Assembly: GCA_964016885.1 (NCBI GenBank)
Contig: OZ024740.1
Span: 440,882,001-440,946,000 of the forward strand
DNA length: 64,000 nucleotides
Direction: 5' to 3'
From: Eledone cirrhosa
Lineage: Eukaryota
Every line of letters starts with the position of its first letter. The stretch's first letter is position 1. The notes beneath the pieces are model-generated. The model saw only the letters and a program-made list of their open reading frames with translations. It ran no database searches and had not been told where the DNA came from. Position numbers and translations under genes: made by a program. Positions 37,901 through 52,900 of the stretch are shown here, in pieces.

Positions 37901-40900
37901 TCACATAGTAGTGTTGGTTCTCACATAGTAGTGTTGGTTCTAACATAGTAGTGTTGGTTCTAACATAGTAGTGTTGGTTCTAACATAGTAGTGTTGATTC
38001 TAACATAGTAGTGTTGGTTCTCACATAGTAGTGTTGGTTCTCACATAGTAGTGTTAGTTCTCACATAGTAGGGTTGGTTCTAACATAGTAGGGTTGGTTC
38101 TAACATAGTAGGGTTAGTTCTAACATAGTAGTGTTGGTTCTAACATAGTAGTGTTGGTTCTCACATAGTAGTGTTGATTCTCACATAGTAGTGTTGGTTC
38201 TAACATAGTAGTGTTGGTTCTAACATAGTAGTGTTGGTTCTAACATAGTAGTGTTGGTTCTAACCTAGTAGTGTTGGTTCTCACATAGTAGTGTAGGTTC
38301 TAACATAGTAGTGTTGGTTCTAACATAGTAGTGTTGGTTCTAACATAGTAGTGTTGGTTCTCACATAGTAGTGTTGGTTCTAACATAGTAATGTTGGTTC
38401 TAACATAGTAGTGTTGGTTCTCACATAGTATTGTTGGTTCTCACATAGTAGTGTTGGCTCTAACAAAGTAGTTATGGTTCTAACATAGTAGAGTTGGTTC
38501 TCACATAGTAGTGTTGGTTCTAGCATAGTAGTGTTGGTTCTAACATAGTAGTGTTGGTTCTCACATATTAGTGTTGGTTCTCACATAGTAGTGTTGGTTC
38601 TAACATAGTGGTGTGGGATCTCACATAGAAGTGTTGGTTCTAACATAGTAGTGTTGGTTCTAACATAGTAGTGTTGGTTCTAACATAGTGGTGTGGGTCC
38701 TCACATAGAAGTGTTGGTTCTAACATAGTAGTGTTGGTTCTAACATAGTAGTGTTGGTTCTAACATAGTAGTGTTGGTTCTCACATAGTAGTGTTGGTTC
38801 TCACATAGTAGTGTTGGTTCTAACATAGTAGTGTTGGTTCTAACATAGTAGTGTTGGTTCTAATATAGTAGTGTTGGTTCTAACATAGTAGTGTTGGTTC
38901 TCACATAGTACTGCAGGTTCTAACATAGTAGGGTTGGTTCTAGCATAGTAGTGTTGGTTCTCACATAGTAGTGTTGGTTCTCACATAGTAGTGTTGGTTG
39001 TCACATAGTAGTGTTGGTTCTCACATAGTAGTGTTGGTTCTAACATAGTAGTGTTGGTTCTAACATAGTAGTGTTGGTTCTCACATATTAGTGTTGGTTC
39101 TCACATAGTAGTGTTGGTTCTAACATAGTAGTGTTGGGTCTAACATAGTAGTGTTGGTTCTCACATAGTAGTGTTGGTTCTCACATAGTAGTGTTGGCTC
39201 TAACATAGTAGTGTTGGTTCTAACATAGTAGTGTTGGTTCTCACATAGTAGTGTTGATTCTCACATAGTAGTGTTGGTTCTAACATAGTGGTGTGGGTTC
39301 TCACATAGAAGTGTTGGTTCTAACATAGTAGTGTTGGTTCTAACATAGTAGTGTTGGTTCTTAGATAGTAGTGTTGGTTCTAACATAGTAGTGTTGGTTC
39401 TAATATAGTAGTGTTGGTTCTAACATAGTAGTGTTGGTTCTAACATAGTAGTGTTGGTTCTAATATAGTAGTGTTGGTTCTAACCTAGTAGTGTTGGTTC
39501 TCACATAGTAGTGCAGATTCTAAAATAGTAGGGTTGGTTCTAGCATAGTAGTGTTGGTTCTCACATAGTAGTGTTGGTTCTAACATATTAATGTTGGTTC
39601 TCACATAGTAGTGTTGGTTTTCACATAGTAGTGTTGGTTCTAACATAGTAGTGTTGGTTCTCACATGGTAGTGTAGGTTCTAACATAGTAGTGTTGGTTC
39701 TCACATAGTAGTGTTGGTTATAACATAGTAGTGTTGGTTCTCACATAGTAGTGTTGGTTCTAACATAGTAGTGTTGGTTCTAACATAGTAGTGTTGGTTC
39801 TCACATAGTAGTGTTGGTTCTAACATAGTAGTGTTGGTTATAACATAGTAGTGTTGGTTCTCACATAGTAGTCTTGGTTCTAACATAGTAGTGTTGGTTC
39901 TCACATAGTAGTGTTGGTTCTCACATAGTAGTGTTGGTTCTCACATAGTAGTGTTGGTTTTCACATAGTAGTGTTGGTTCTAACATAGTAGTGTTGGTTC
40001 TCACATAGTAGTGTTGGTTCTAACATAGTAGTGTTGGTTCTAACATAGTAGTGTTGGTTCTCACATAGTAGTGTTGGTTCTCACATAGTAGTGTTGGTTC
40101 TCACATAGTAGTGTTGGTTCTCACATAGTAGTGTTGGTTCTAACATAGTAGTGTTGGTTCTAACATAGTAGTGTTGGTTCTCACATAGTAGTGTTGGTTC
40201 TCACATAGTAGTGTTGGTTCTCACATAGTAGTGTTGGTTCTCACATAGTAGTGTTGGTTCTAACATAGTAGTGTTGGTTCTAACATAGTAGTGTTTGTTC
40301 TAACCTAGTAGTGTTGGTTCTCACATAGTAGTGTAGGTTCTAACATAGTAGTGTTGGTTCTAACATAGTAGTGTTCGTTCTCACATAGTAGTGTTGGTTC
40401 TCACATAGTAGTGTTGGTTCTCACATAGTAGTGTTGATTCTCACATAGTAGTGTTGGTTCTAACATAGTGGTGTGGGTTCTCACATAGAAGTGTTGGTTC
40501 TAACATAGTAGTGTTGGTTCTAACATAGTAGTGTTGGTTCTAACATAGTAGTGTTGGTTCTCACATAGTAGTGTTGGTTCTCACATAGTAGTGTTGGTTC
40601 TAACATAGTAGTGTTGGTTCTAACATAGTAGTGTTGGTTCTAATATAGTAGTGTTGGTTCTCACATAGTAGTGTTGGTTCTCACATAGTAGTGCAGGTTC
40701 TAACATAGTAGTGTTGGTTCTCACATAGTAGTGTTGGTTCTCACATAGTAGTGTTGGTTCTCACATAGTAGTGTTGGTTCTCACATAGTAGTGTTGGTTC
40801 TAACATACTAGTGTTGGTTCTAACATAGTAGTGTTGGTTCTAACATAGTGGTGTGGGTTCTCACATAGAAGTGTTTGTTCTAACATAGTAGTGTTGGTTC

Positions 40901-43900
40901 TAACATAGTAGTGTTGGTTCTTAGATAGTAGTGTTGGTTCTAACATAGTAGTGTTGGTTCTAATATAGTAGTGTTGGTTCTAACATAGTAGTGTTGGTTC
41001 TCACATAGTAGTGCAGGTTCTAACATAGTAGGGTTGGTTCTAACATAGTAGTGTTGGTTCTCACATAGTAGTGTTGGTTCTAACATAGTAGTGTTGGTTC
41101 TAACATAGTAGTGTTGGTTCTAACATAGTAGTGTTTTTTCTCACATAGTAGTGTTGGTTCTAACATAGTAGTGTTGGTTCTAACATAGTAGTGTTGGTTC
41201 TCACATAGTAGTGATGGTTCTCACATAGTAGTGTTGGTTCTCACATAGTAGTGTTGGTTCTCACATAGTAGTGTTGGTTCTAACATAGTAGTGTTGGTTC
41301 TAACATAGTAGTGTTGGTTCTAACATAGTAGTGTTGGTTCTCACATAGTAGTGTAGGTTCTAACATAGTAGTGTTGGTTCTAACATAGTAGTGTTGGTTC
41401 TAACATAGTAGTGTTGGTTCTCACATAGTAGTGTTGGTTCTAACATAGTAATGTTGGTTCTAACATAGTAGTGTTGGTTCTCACATAGTAGTGTTGGTTC
41501 TCACATAGTAGTGTTGGCTCTAACAAAGTAGTGTTGGTTCTAACATAGTAGAGTTGGTTCTCACATAGTAGTGTTGGTTCTAACATAGTAGTGTTGGTTC
41601 TAACATAGTAGTGTTGGTTCTAATATAGTAGTGTTGGTTCTAACATAGTAGTGTTGGTTCTCACATAGTTGTGCAGATTCTAAAATAGTAGGGTTGGTTC
41701 TAGCATAGTAGTGTTGGTTCTCACATAGTAGTGTTGGTTCTAACATAGTAATGTTGGTTCTCACATAGTAGTGTTGGTTTTCACATAGTAGTGTTGGTTC
41801 TAACATAGTAGTGTTGGTTCTCACATGGTAGTGTAGGTTCTAACATAGTAGTGTTGGTTCTCACATAGTAGTGTTGGTTCTAACATAGTAGTGTTGGTTC
41901 TCACATAGTAGTGTTGGTTCTAACATAGTAGTGTTGGTTCTAACATAGTAGTGTTGGTTCTCACATAGTAGTGTTGGTTCTAACATAGTAGTGTTGGTTA
42001 TAACATAGTAGTGTTGGTTCTAACATAGTAGTGTTGGTTCTAACATAGTAGTGTTGGTTCTCACATAGTAGTGTTGGTTCTAACATAGTAGTGTTGGTTC
42101 TAACATAGTAGGGTTAGTTCTATAACATAGTAGTGTTGGTTCTAACATAGTAGTGTTGGTTCTGACATAGTAGTGTTGGTTCTCACATAGTAGTGTTGGT
42201 TCTCACATAGTAGGGTTGGTTCTCACATAGTAGTGTTGGTTCTCACATAGTAGTGTTGGTTCTAACATAGTAGTGTTGGTTCTAACATAGTAGTGTTGGT
42301 TCTAACATAGTAGTGTTGTTTCTCACATAGTAGTGTTGGTTCTAACATAGTAGTGTTGGTTCTAACATAGTAGTGTTGGTTCTCACATAGTAGTGATGGT
42401 TCTCACATAGTAGTGTTGGTTCTCACATAGTAGTGTTGGTTCTCACATAGTAGTGTTGGTTCTAACATAGTACTGTTGGTTCTAACATAGTAGTGTTGGT
42501 TCTAACATAGTAGTGTTGATTCTAACATAGTAGTGTTGGTTCTCACATAGTAGTGTTGGTTCTCACATAGTAGTGTTAGTTCTCACATAGTAGGGTTGGT
42601 TCTAACATAGTAGGGTTGGTTCTAACATAGTAGGGTTAGTTCTAACATAGTAGTGTTGGTTCTAACATAGTAGTGTTGGTTCTCACATAGTAGTGTTGAT
42701 TCTCACATAGTAGTGTTGGTTCTAACATAGTAGTGTTGGTTCTAACATAGTAGTGTTGGTTCTAACATAGTAGTGTTGGTTCTAACCTAGTAGTGTTGGT
42801 TCTCACATAGTAGTGTAGGTTCTAACATAGTAGTGTTGGTTCTAACATAGTAGTGTTGGTTCTAACATAGTAGTGTTGGTTCTCACATAGTAGTGTTGGT
42901 TCTAACATAGTAATGTTGGTTCTAACATAGCAGTGTTGGTTCTCACATAGTAGTGTTGGTTCTCACATAGTAGTGTTGGCTCTAACAAAGTAGTGTTGGT
43001 TCTAACATAGTAGAGTTGGTTCTCACATAGTAGTGTTGGTTCTAGCATAGTAGTGTTGGTTCTAACATAGTAGTGTTGGTTCTCACATATTAGTGTTGGT
43101 TCTCACATAGTAGTGTTGGTTCTAACATAGTGGTGTGGGATCTCACATAGAAGTGTTGGTTCTAACATAGTAGTGTTGGTTCTAACATAGTAGTGTTGGT
43201 TCTAACATAGTGGTGTGGGTTCTCACATAGAAGTGTTGGTTCTAACATAGTAGTGTTGGTTCTAACATAGTAGTGTTGGTTCTAACATAGTAGTGTTGGT
43301 TCTCACATAGTAGTGTTGGTTCTCACATAGTAGTGTTGGTTCTAACATAGTAGTGTTGGTTCTAACATAGTAGTGTTGGTTCTCACATAGTACTGCAGGT
43401 TCTAACATAGTAGTGTTGGTTCTAGCATAGTAGTGTTGGTTCTCACATAGTAGTGTTGGTTCTCACATAGTAGTGTTGGTTGTCACATAGTAGTGTTGGT
43501 TCTCACATAGTAGTGTTGGTTCTAACATAGTAGTGTTGGTTCTAACATAGTAGTGTTGGTTCTCACATATTAGTGTTGGTTCTCACATAGTAGTGTTGGT
43601 TCTAACATAGTAGTGTTGGGTCTAACATAGTAGTGTTGGTTCTCACATAGTAGTGTTGGTTCTCACATAGTAGTGTTGGCTCTAACATAGTAGTGTTGGT
43701 TCTAAAATAGTAGTGTTGGTTCTCACATAGTAGTGTTGATTCTCACATAGTAGTGTTGGTTCTAACATAGTGGTGTGGGTTCTCACATAGAAGTGTTGGT
43801 TCTAACATAGTAGTGTTGGTTCTAACATAGTAGTGTTGGTTCTTAGATAGTAGTGTTGGTTCTAACATAGTAGTGTTGGTTCTAATATAGTAGTGTTGGT

Positions 43901-46900
43901 TCTAACATAGTAGTGTTGGTTCTAACATAGTAGTGTTGGTTCTAATATAGTAGTGTTGGTTCTAACCTAGTAGTGTTGGTTCTCACATAGTAGTGCAGAT
44001 TCTAAAATAGTAGGGTTGGTTCTAGCATAGTAGTGTTGGTTCTCACATAGTAGTGTTGGTTCTAAAATAGTAATGTTGGTTCTCACATAGTAGTGTTGGT
44101 TTTCACATAGTAGTGTTGGTTCTAACATAGTAGTGTTGGTTCTCACATGGTAGTGTAGGTTCTAACATAGTAGTGTTGGTTCTCACATAGTAGTGTTGGT
44201 TCTAACATAGTAGTGTTGGTTCTCACATAGTAGTGTTGGTTCTAACATAGTAGTGTTGGTTCTAACATAGTAGTGTTGGTTCTCCCATAGTAGTGTTGGT
44301 TCTAACATAGTAGTGTTGGTTATAACATAGTAGTGTTGGTTCTCACATAGTAGTCTTGGTTCTAACATAGTAGTGTTGGTTCTCACATAGTAGTGTTGGT
44401 TCTCACATAGTAGTGTTGGTTCTCACATAGTAGTGTTGGTTTTCACATAGTAGTGTTGGTTCTAACATAGTAGTGTTGGTTCTCACATAGTAGTGTTGGT
44501 TCTAACATAGTAGTGTTGGTTCTAACATAGTAGTGTTGGTTCTCACATAGTAGTGTTGGTTCTCACATAGTAGTGTTGGTTCTCACATAGTAGTGTTGGT
44601 TCTCACATAGTAGTGTTGGTTCTAACATAGTAGTGTTGGTTCTAACATAGTAGTGTTGGTTCTCACATAGTAGTGTTGGTTCTCACATAGTAGTGTTGGT
44701 TCTCACATAGTAGTGTTGGTTCTCACATAGTAGTGTTGGTTCTAACATAGTAGTGTTGGTTCTAACATAGTAGTGTTTGTTCTCACATAGTAGTGTTGGT
44801 TCTCACATAGTAGTGTTGGTTCTCACATAGTAGTGTTGGTTCTCACATAGTAGTGTTGGTTCTCACATAGTAGTGTTGGTTCTCACATAGTAGTGTTGGT
44901 TCTAACATAGTAGTGTTTGTTCTAACCTAGTAGTGTTGGTTCTCACATAGTAGTGTAGGTTCTAACATAGTAGTGTTGGTTCTAACATAGTAGTGTTCGT
45001 TCTCACATAGTAGTGTTGGTTCTCACATAGTAGTGTTGGTTCTCACATAGTAGTGTTGATTCTCACATAGTAGTGTTGGTTCTAACATAGTGGTGTGGGT
45101 TCTCACATAGAAGTGTTGGTTCTAACATAGTAGTGTTGGTTCTAACATAGTAGTGTTGGTTCTAACATAGTAGTGTTGGTTCTCACATAGTAGTGTTTGT
45201 TCTCACATAGTAGTGTTGGTTCTAACATAGTAGTGTTGGTTCTAACATAGTAGTGTTGGTTCTAATATAGTAGTGTTGGTTCTAACATAGTAGTGTTGGT
45301 TCTCACATAGTAGTGCAGGTTCTAACATAGTAGTGTTGGTTCTCACATAGTAGTGTTGGTTCTCACATAGTAGTGTTGGTTCTCACATAGTAGTGTTGGT
45401 TCTCACATAGTAGTGTTGGTTCTAACATACTAGTGTTGGTTCTAACATAGTAGTGTTGGTTCTCACATATTAGTGTTGGTTCTCACATAGTAGTGTTGGT
45501 TCTAACATAGTAGTGTTGGGTCTAACATAGTAGTGTTGGTTCTCACATAGTAGTGTTGGTTCTCACATAGTAGTGTTGGCTCTAACATAGTAGTGTTGGT
45601 TCTAACATAGTAGTGTTGGTTCTCACATAGTAGTGTTGATTCTCACATAGTAGTGTTGGTTCTAACATAGTGGTGTGGGTTCTCACATAGAAGTGTTGGT
45701 TCTAACATAGTAGTGTTGGTTCTAACATAGTAGTGTTGGTTCTTAGATAGTAGTGTTGGTTCTAACATAGTAGTGTTGGTTCTAATATAGTAGTGTTGGT
45801 TCTAACATAGTAGTGTTGGTTCTCACATAGTAGTGCAGGTTCTAACATAGTAGGGTTGGTTCTAGCATAGTAGTGTTGGTTCTCACATAGTAGTGTTGGT
45901 TCTCACATAGTAGTGTTGGTTCTCACATAGTAGTGTTGGTTCTCACATAGTAGTGTTGGTTCTCACATAGTAGTGTTGGTTCTAACATACTAGTGTTGGT
46001 TCTACCATAGTAGTGTTGGTTCTCACATATTAGTGTTGGTTCTCACATAGTAGTGTTGGTTCTAACATAGTAGTGTTGGGTCTAACATAGTAGTGTTGGT
46101 TCTCACATAGTAGTGTTGGTTCTCACATAGTAGTGTTGGCTCTAACATAGTAGTGTTGGTTCTAACATAGTAGTGTTGGTTCTCACATAGTAGTGTTGAT
46201 TCTCACATAGTAGTGTTGGTTCTAACATAGTGGTGTGGGTTCTCACATAGAAGTGTTGGTTCTAACATAGTAGTGTTGGTTCTAACATAGTAGTGTTGGT
46301 TCTTAGATAGTAGTGTTGGTTCTAACATAGTTGTGTTGGTTCTAATATAGTAGTGTTGGTTCTAACATAGTAGTGTTGGTTCTCACATAGTAGTGCAGGT
46401 TGTAACATAGTAGGGTTGGTTCTAGCATAGTAGTGTTGGTTCTCACATAGTAGTGTTGGTTCTCACATAGTAGTGTTGGTTCTCACATAGTAGTGTTGGT
46501 TCTCACATAGTAGGGTTAGTTCTCACATAGTAGTGTTGGTTCTCACATAGTAGTGTTGGTTCTAACATAGTAGTGTTGGTTCTAACATAGTAGTGTTGGT
46601 TCTAACATAGTAGTGTTTTTTCTCACATAGTAGTGTTGGTTCTAACATAGTAGTGTTGGTTCTAACATAGTAGTGTTGGTTCTCACATAGTAGTGATGGT
46701 TCTCACATAGTAGTGTTGGTTCTCACATAGTAGTGTTGGTTCTCACATAGTAGTGTTGGTTCTAACATAGTAGTGTTGGTTCTAACATAGTAGTGTTGGT
46801 TCTAACATAGTAGTGTTGGTTCTAACATAGTAGTGTTGGTTCTCACATAGTAGTGTTGGTTCTCACATAGTAGTGTTAGTTCTCACATAGTAGGGTTGGT

Positions 46901-49900
46901 TCTAACATAGTAGTGTTGGTTATCACATAGTAGTGTTGGTTCTCACATAGTAGTGTTGGTTCTAACATAGTAGTGTTGGTTCTAACATAGTAGTGTTGGT
47001 TCTAACATAGTAGTGTTGGTTCTAACATAGTAGTGTTGGTTCTAACCTAGTAGTGTTGGTTCTCACATAGTAGTGTAGGTTCTAACATAGTAGTGTTGGT
47101 TCTAACATAGTAGTGTTGGTTCTCACATAGTAGTGTTGGTTCTCACATAGTAGTGTTGGTTCTAACATAGTAGTGTTGGTTCTAACATAGTAGTGTTGGT
47201 TCTAACATAGTAGTGTTGGTTCTAACCTAGTAGTGTTGGTTCTAACCTAGTAGTGTAGGTTCTAACATAGTAGTGTTGGTTCTAACATAGTAGTGTTGGT
47301 TCTAACATAGTAGTGTTGGTTCTCACATAGTAGTGTTGGTTCTAACATAGTAATGTTGGTTCTAACATAGTAGTGTTGGTTCTCACATAGTAGTGTTGGT
47401 TCTCACATAGTAGTGTTGGCTCTAACAAAGTAGTGTTGGTTCTAACATAGTAGAGTTGGTTCTCACATAGTAGTGTTGGTTCTAGCATAGTAGTGTTGGT
47501 TCTAACATAGTAGTGTTGGTTCTCACATATTAGTGTTGGTTCTCACATAGTAGTGTTGGTTCTAACATAGTGGTGTGGGATCTCACATAGAAGTGTTGGT
47601 TCTAACATAGTAGTGTTGGTTCTAACATAGTAGTGTTGGTTCTAACATAGTAGTGTTGGTTCTCACATAGTAGTGTTGGTTCTCACATAGTAGTGTTGGT
47701 TCTAACATAGTAGTGTTGGTTCTAACATAGTAGTGTTGGTTCTAATATAGTAGTGTTGGTTCTAACATAGTAGTGTTGGTTCTCACATAGTAGTGCAGAT
47801 TCTAAAATAGTAGGGTTGGTTCTAGCATAGTAGTGTTGGTTCTCACATAGTAGTGTTGGTTCTAACATAGTAATGTTGGTTCTCACATAGTAGTGTTGGT
47901 TTTCACATAGTAGTGTTGGTTCTAACATAGTAGTGTTGGTTCTCACATGGTAGTGTAGGTTCTATCATAGTAGTGTTGGTTCTCACATAGTAGTGTTGGT
48001 TCTAACATAGTAGTGTTGGTTCTCACATAGTAGTGTTGGTTCTAACATAGTAGTGTTGGTTCTAACATAGTAGTGTTGGTTCTCACATAGTAGGGTTAGT
48101 TCTATAACATAGTAGTGTTGGTTCTCACATAGTAGTGTTGGTTCTCACATAGTAGTGTTGGTTCTAACATACTAGTGTTGGTTCTACCATAGTAGTGTTG
48201 GTTCTCACATATTAGTGTTGGTTCTCACATAGTAGTGTTGGTTCTAACATAGTAGTGTTGGGTCTAACATAGTAGTGTTGGTTCTCACATAGTAGTGTTG
48301 GTTCTCACATAGTAGTGTTGGCTCTAACATAGTAGTGTTGGTTCTAACATAGTAGTGTTGGTTCTCACATAGTAGTGTTGATTCTCACATAGTAGTGTTG
48401 GTTCTAACATAGTGGTGTGGGTTCTCACATAGAAGTGTTGGTTCTAACATAGTAGTGTTGGTTCTAACATAGTAGTGTTGGTTCTTAGATAGTAGTGTTG
48501 GTTCTAACATAGTAGTGTTGGTTCTAATATAGTAGTGTTGGTTCTAACATAGTAGTGTTGGTTCTCACATAGTAGTGCAGGTTGTAACATAGTAGGGTTG
48601 GTTCTAGCATAGTAGTGTTGGTTCTCACATAGTAGTGTTGGTTCTCACATAGTAGTGTTGGTTCTCACATAGTAGTGTTGGTTCTCACATAGTAGGGTTA
48701 GTTCTCACATAGTAGTGTTGGTTCTCACATAGTAGTGTTGGTTCTAACATAGTAGTGTTGGTTCTAACATAGTAGTGTTGGTTCTAACATAGTAGTGTTT
48801 TTTCTCACATAGTAGTGTTGGTTCTAACATAGTGGTGTTGGTTCTAACATAGTAGTGTTGGTTCTCACATAGTAGTGTTGGTTCTCACATAGTAGTGTTG
48901 GTTCTCACATAGTAGTGTTAGTTCTCACATAGTAGGGTTGGTTCTAACATAGTAGTGTTGGTTATCACATAGTAGTGTTGGTTCTCACATAGTAGTGTTG
49001 GTTCTAACATAGTAGTGTTGGTTCTAACATAGTAGTGTTGGTTCTAACATAGTAGTGTTGGTTCTAACATAGTAGTGTTGGTTCTAACCTAGTAGTGTTG
49101 GTTCTCACATAGTAGTGTAGGTTCTAACATAGTAGTGTTGGTTCTAACATAGTAGTGTTGGTTCTCACATAGTAGTGTTGGTTCTCACATAGTAGTGTTG
49201 GTTCTAACATAGTAGTGTTGGTTCTAACATAGTAGTGTTGGTTCTAACATAGTAGTGTTGGTTCTAACCTAGTAGTGTTGGTTCTAACCTAGTAGTGTAG
49301 GTTCTAACATAGTAGTGTTGGTTCTAACATAGTAGTGTTGGTTCTAACATAGTAGTGTTGGTTCTCACATAGTAGTGTTGGTTCTAACATAGTAATGTTG
49401 GTTCTAACATAGTAGTGTTGGTTCTCACATAGTAGTGTTGGTTCTCACATAGTAGTGTTGGCTCTAACAAAGTAGTGTTGGTTCTAACATAGTAGAGTTG
49501 GTTCTCACATAGTAGTGTTGGTTCTAGCATAGTAGTGTTGGTTCTAACATAGTAGTGTTGGTTCTCACATATTAGTGTTGGTTCTCACATAGTAGTGTTG
49601 GTTCTAACATAGTGGTGTGGGATCTCACATAGAAGTGTTGGTTCTAACATAGTAGTGTTGGTTCTAACATAGTAGTGTTGGTTCTAACATAGTAGTGTTG
49701 GTTCTCACATAGTAGTGTTGGTTCTCACATAGTAGTGTTGGTTATAACATAGTAGTGTTGGTTCTCACATAGTAGTGTTGGTTCTCACATAGTAGTGTTG
49801 GTTCTAACATAGTAGTGTTGGTTCTAACATAGTAGGGTTGGTTCTAAAATAGTAGTGTTGGTTCTAAAAAAGTAGTGTTGGTTCTCACATAGTAGTGTTG

Positions 49901-52900
49901 GTTCTAAAATAGTAGGGTTGGTTTTAACATAGTAGTGTTGGTTCTCACATAGTAGTGTTGTTTCTCACATAGTAGTGTTGGTTCTCACATAGTAGTGTTG
50001 GTTCTAACATAGTAGTGTTGGTTCTCACATAATAGTGTTGGTTCTAACATAGAAGGGTTGGTTTTAACATAGTAGTGTTGGTTCTCACATAGTAGTGTTG
50101 TTTCTCACATAGTAGGGTTGGTTCTCACATAGTAGTGTTGGTTCTCACATAGTAGTGTTGGTTCTCACATAGTAGTGTTGGTTCTAACATAGAGGTGTTG
50201 GTTCTCACATAGTAGTGTTGGTTCTCACATAGTAGTGTTGGTTCTGACATAGTAGTGTTGGTTCTCACATAGTATTGTAGGTTCTAACATAGTAGTGTTG
50301 GTTCTCACATAGTATTGTTGGTTCTCACATAGTAGTGTTGGTTTTCACGTAGTAGTGTAGGTTCTAACATAGTAGTGTTGGTTCTAACATAGTAGTGTTG
50401 GTTCTAACATAGTAGTGTTGGTTCTCACATAGTAGTGTTGGTTCTAACATAGTAGTGTTGGTTCTCACATAGTAGTGTTGGTTCTCACATAGTAGTGTTG
50501 GTTCTAACATAGTGGTGTGGGTTCTCACATAGAAGTGTTGGTTCTCACATAGTAGTGTTGGTTCTCACATAGTAGTGTTGGTTCTCACATAGTAGTGTTG
50601 GTTCTCACATAGTAGTGTTGGTTCTCACATAGTAGTGTTGGTTCTAACATACTAGTGTTGGTTCTACCATAGTAGTGTTGGTTCTCACATATTAGTGTTG
50701 GTTCTCACATAGTAGTGTTGGTTCTAACATAGTAGTGTTGGGTCTAACATAGTAGTGTTGGTTCTCACATAGTAGTGTTGGTTCTCACATAGTAGTGTTG
50801 GCTCTAACATAGTAGTGTTGGTTCTAACATAGTAGTGTTGGTTCTCACATAGTAGTGTTGATTCTCACATAGTAGTGTTGGTTCTAACATAGTGGTGTGG
50901 GTTCTCACATAGAAGTGTTGGTTCTAACATAGTAGTGTTGGTTCTAACATAGTAGTGTTGGTTCTTAGATAGTAGTGTTGGTTCTAACATAGTAGTGTTG
51001 GTTCTAATATAGTAGTGTTGGTTCTAACATAGTAGTGTTGGTTCTCACATAGTAGTGCAGGTTGTAACATAGTAGGGTTGGTTCTAGCATAGTAGTGTTG
51101 GTTCTCACATAGTAGTGTTGGTTCTCACATAGTAGTGTTGGTTCTCACATAGTAGTGTTGGTTCTCACATAGTAGGGTTAGTTCTCACATAGTAGTGTTG
51201 GTTCTCACATAGTAGTGTTGGTTCTAACATAGTAGTGTTGGTTCTAACATAGTAGTGTTGGTTCTAACATAGTAGTGTTTTTTCTCACATAGTAGTGTTG
51301 GTTCTAACATAGTAGTGTTGGTTCTAACATAGTAGTGTTGGTTCTCACATAGTAGTGATGGTTCTCACATAGTAGTGTTGGTTCTCACATAGTAGTGTTG
51401 GTTCTCACATAGTAGGGTTAGTTCTCACATAGTAGTGTTGGTTATAACATAGTAGTGTTGGTTCTCACATAGTAGTGTTGGTTCTCACATAGTAGTGTTG
51501 GTTCTCACATAGTAGTGTTGGTTCTCACATAGTAGTGTTGGTTCTCTCATAGTAGTGTTGGTTCTAACATAGTAGTGTTGGTTCTCACATAGTAGTGTTG
51601 GTTCTAACTTAGTAGTGTTGGTTCTAACATAGTAGTGTTGGTTCTCACATAGTAGTGTTGGTTCTAACATAGTAGTGTTGGTTCTAACATAGTAGTGTTG
51701 GTTCTAACATAATAGGGTTAGTTCTATAACATAGTAGTGTTGGTTCTAACATAGTAGTGTTGGTTCTCACATAGTAGTGTTGGTTCTCACATAGTAGTGT
51801 TGGTTCTAACATAGTAGTGTTGGTTCTAACATAGTAGGGTTGGTTCTAAAATAGTAGTGTTGGTTCTAAAAAAGTAGTGTTGGTTCTCACATAGTAGTGT
51901 TGGTTCTAAAATAGTAGGGTTGGTTTTAACATAGTAGTGTTGGTTCTCACATATTAGTGTTGTTTCTCACATAGTAGTGTTGGTTCTCACATAGTAGTGT
52001 TGGTTCTAACATAGTAGTGTTGGTTCTCACATAATAGTGTTGGTTCTAACATAGAAGGGTTGGTTTTAACATAGTAGTGTTGGCTCTCACATAGTAGTGT
52101 TGGTTCTCACATAGTAGGGTTAGTTCTAAAATAGTAGGGTTGGTTTTAACATAGTAGTGTTGGTTCTCACATAGTAGTGTTGGCTCTAACGAAGTAGTGT
52201 TGGTTCTAACATAGTAGTGTTGGTTCTCACATAGTAGTGTTGGTTCTAACATAGTAGTGTTGGTTCTAACATAGTAGTGTTGGTTCTCACATAGTAGTGT
52301 TGGTTCTCACATAGTAGTGTTGGTTCTAACATAGTGGTGTGGGTTCTCACATAGAAGTGTTGGTTCTAACATAGTAGTGTTGGTTCTAACATAGTAGTGT
52401 TGGTTCTAACATAGTAGTGTTGGTTCTCACATAGTAGTGTTGGTTCTAACATAGTAGTGTTGGTTCTAACATAGTAGTGTTGGTTCTAACATAGTAGTGT
52501 TGGTTCTAATATAGTAGTGTTGGTTCTAACATAGTAGTGTTGTTTCTCACATAGAAGTGCAGGTTCTAACATAGTAGGGTTGGTTCTAGCATAGTAGTGT
52601 TGGTTCTCACATAGTAGTGTTGGCTCTAACAAAGTAGTGTTGGTTCTAACATAGTAGTGTTGGTTCTCACATAGTAGTGTTGGTTCTAACATAGTAGTGT
52701 TGGTTCTAACATAGTAGTGTTGGTTCTCACATAGTAGTGTTGGTTCTCACATGGTAGTGTTGGTTCTAACATAGTAGTGTTGGTTCTAACATAGTAGTGT
52801 TGGTTCTCACATAGTAGTGTTGGTTCTCACATAGTAGTGTTGGTTCTCACATAGTAGTGTTGGTTCTCACATAGTAGTGTTGGTTCTCACATAGTAGTGT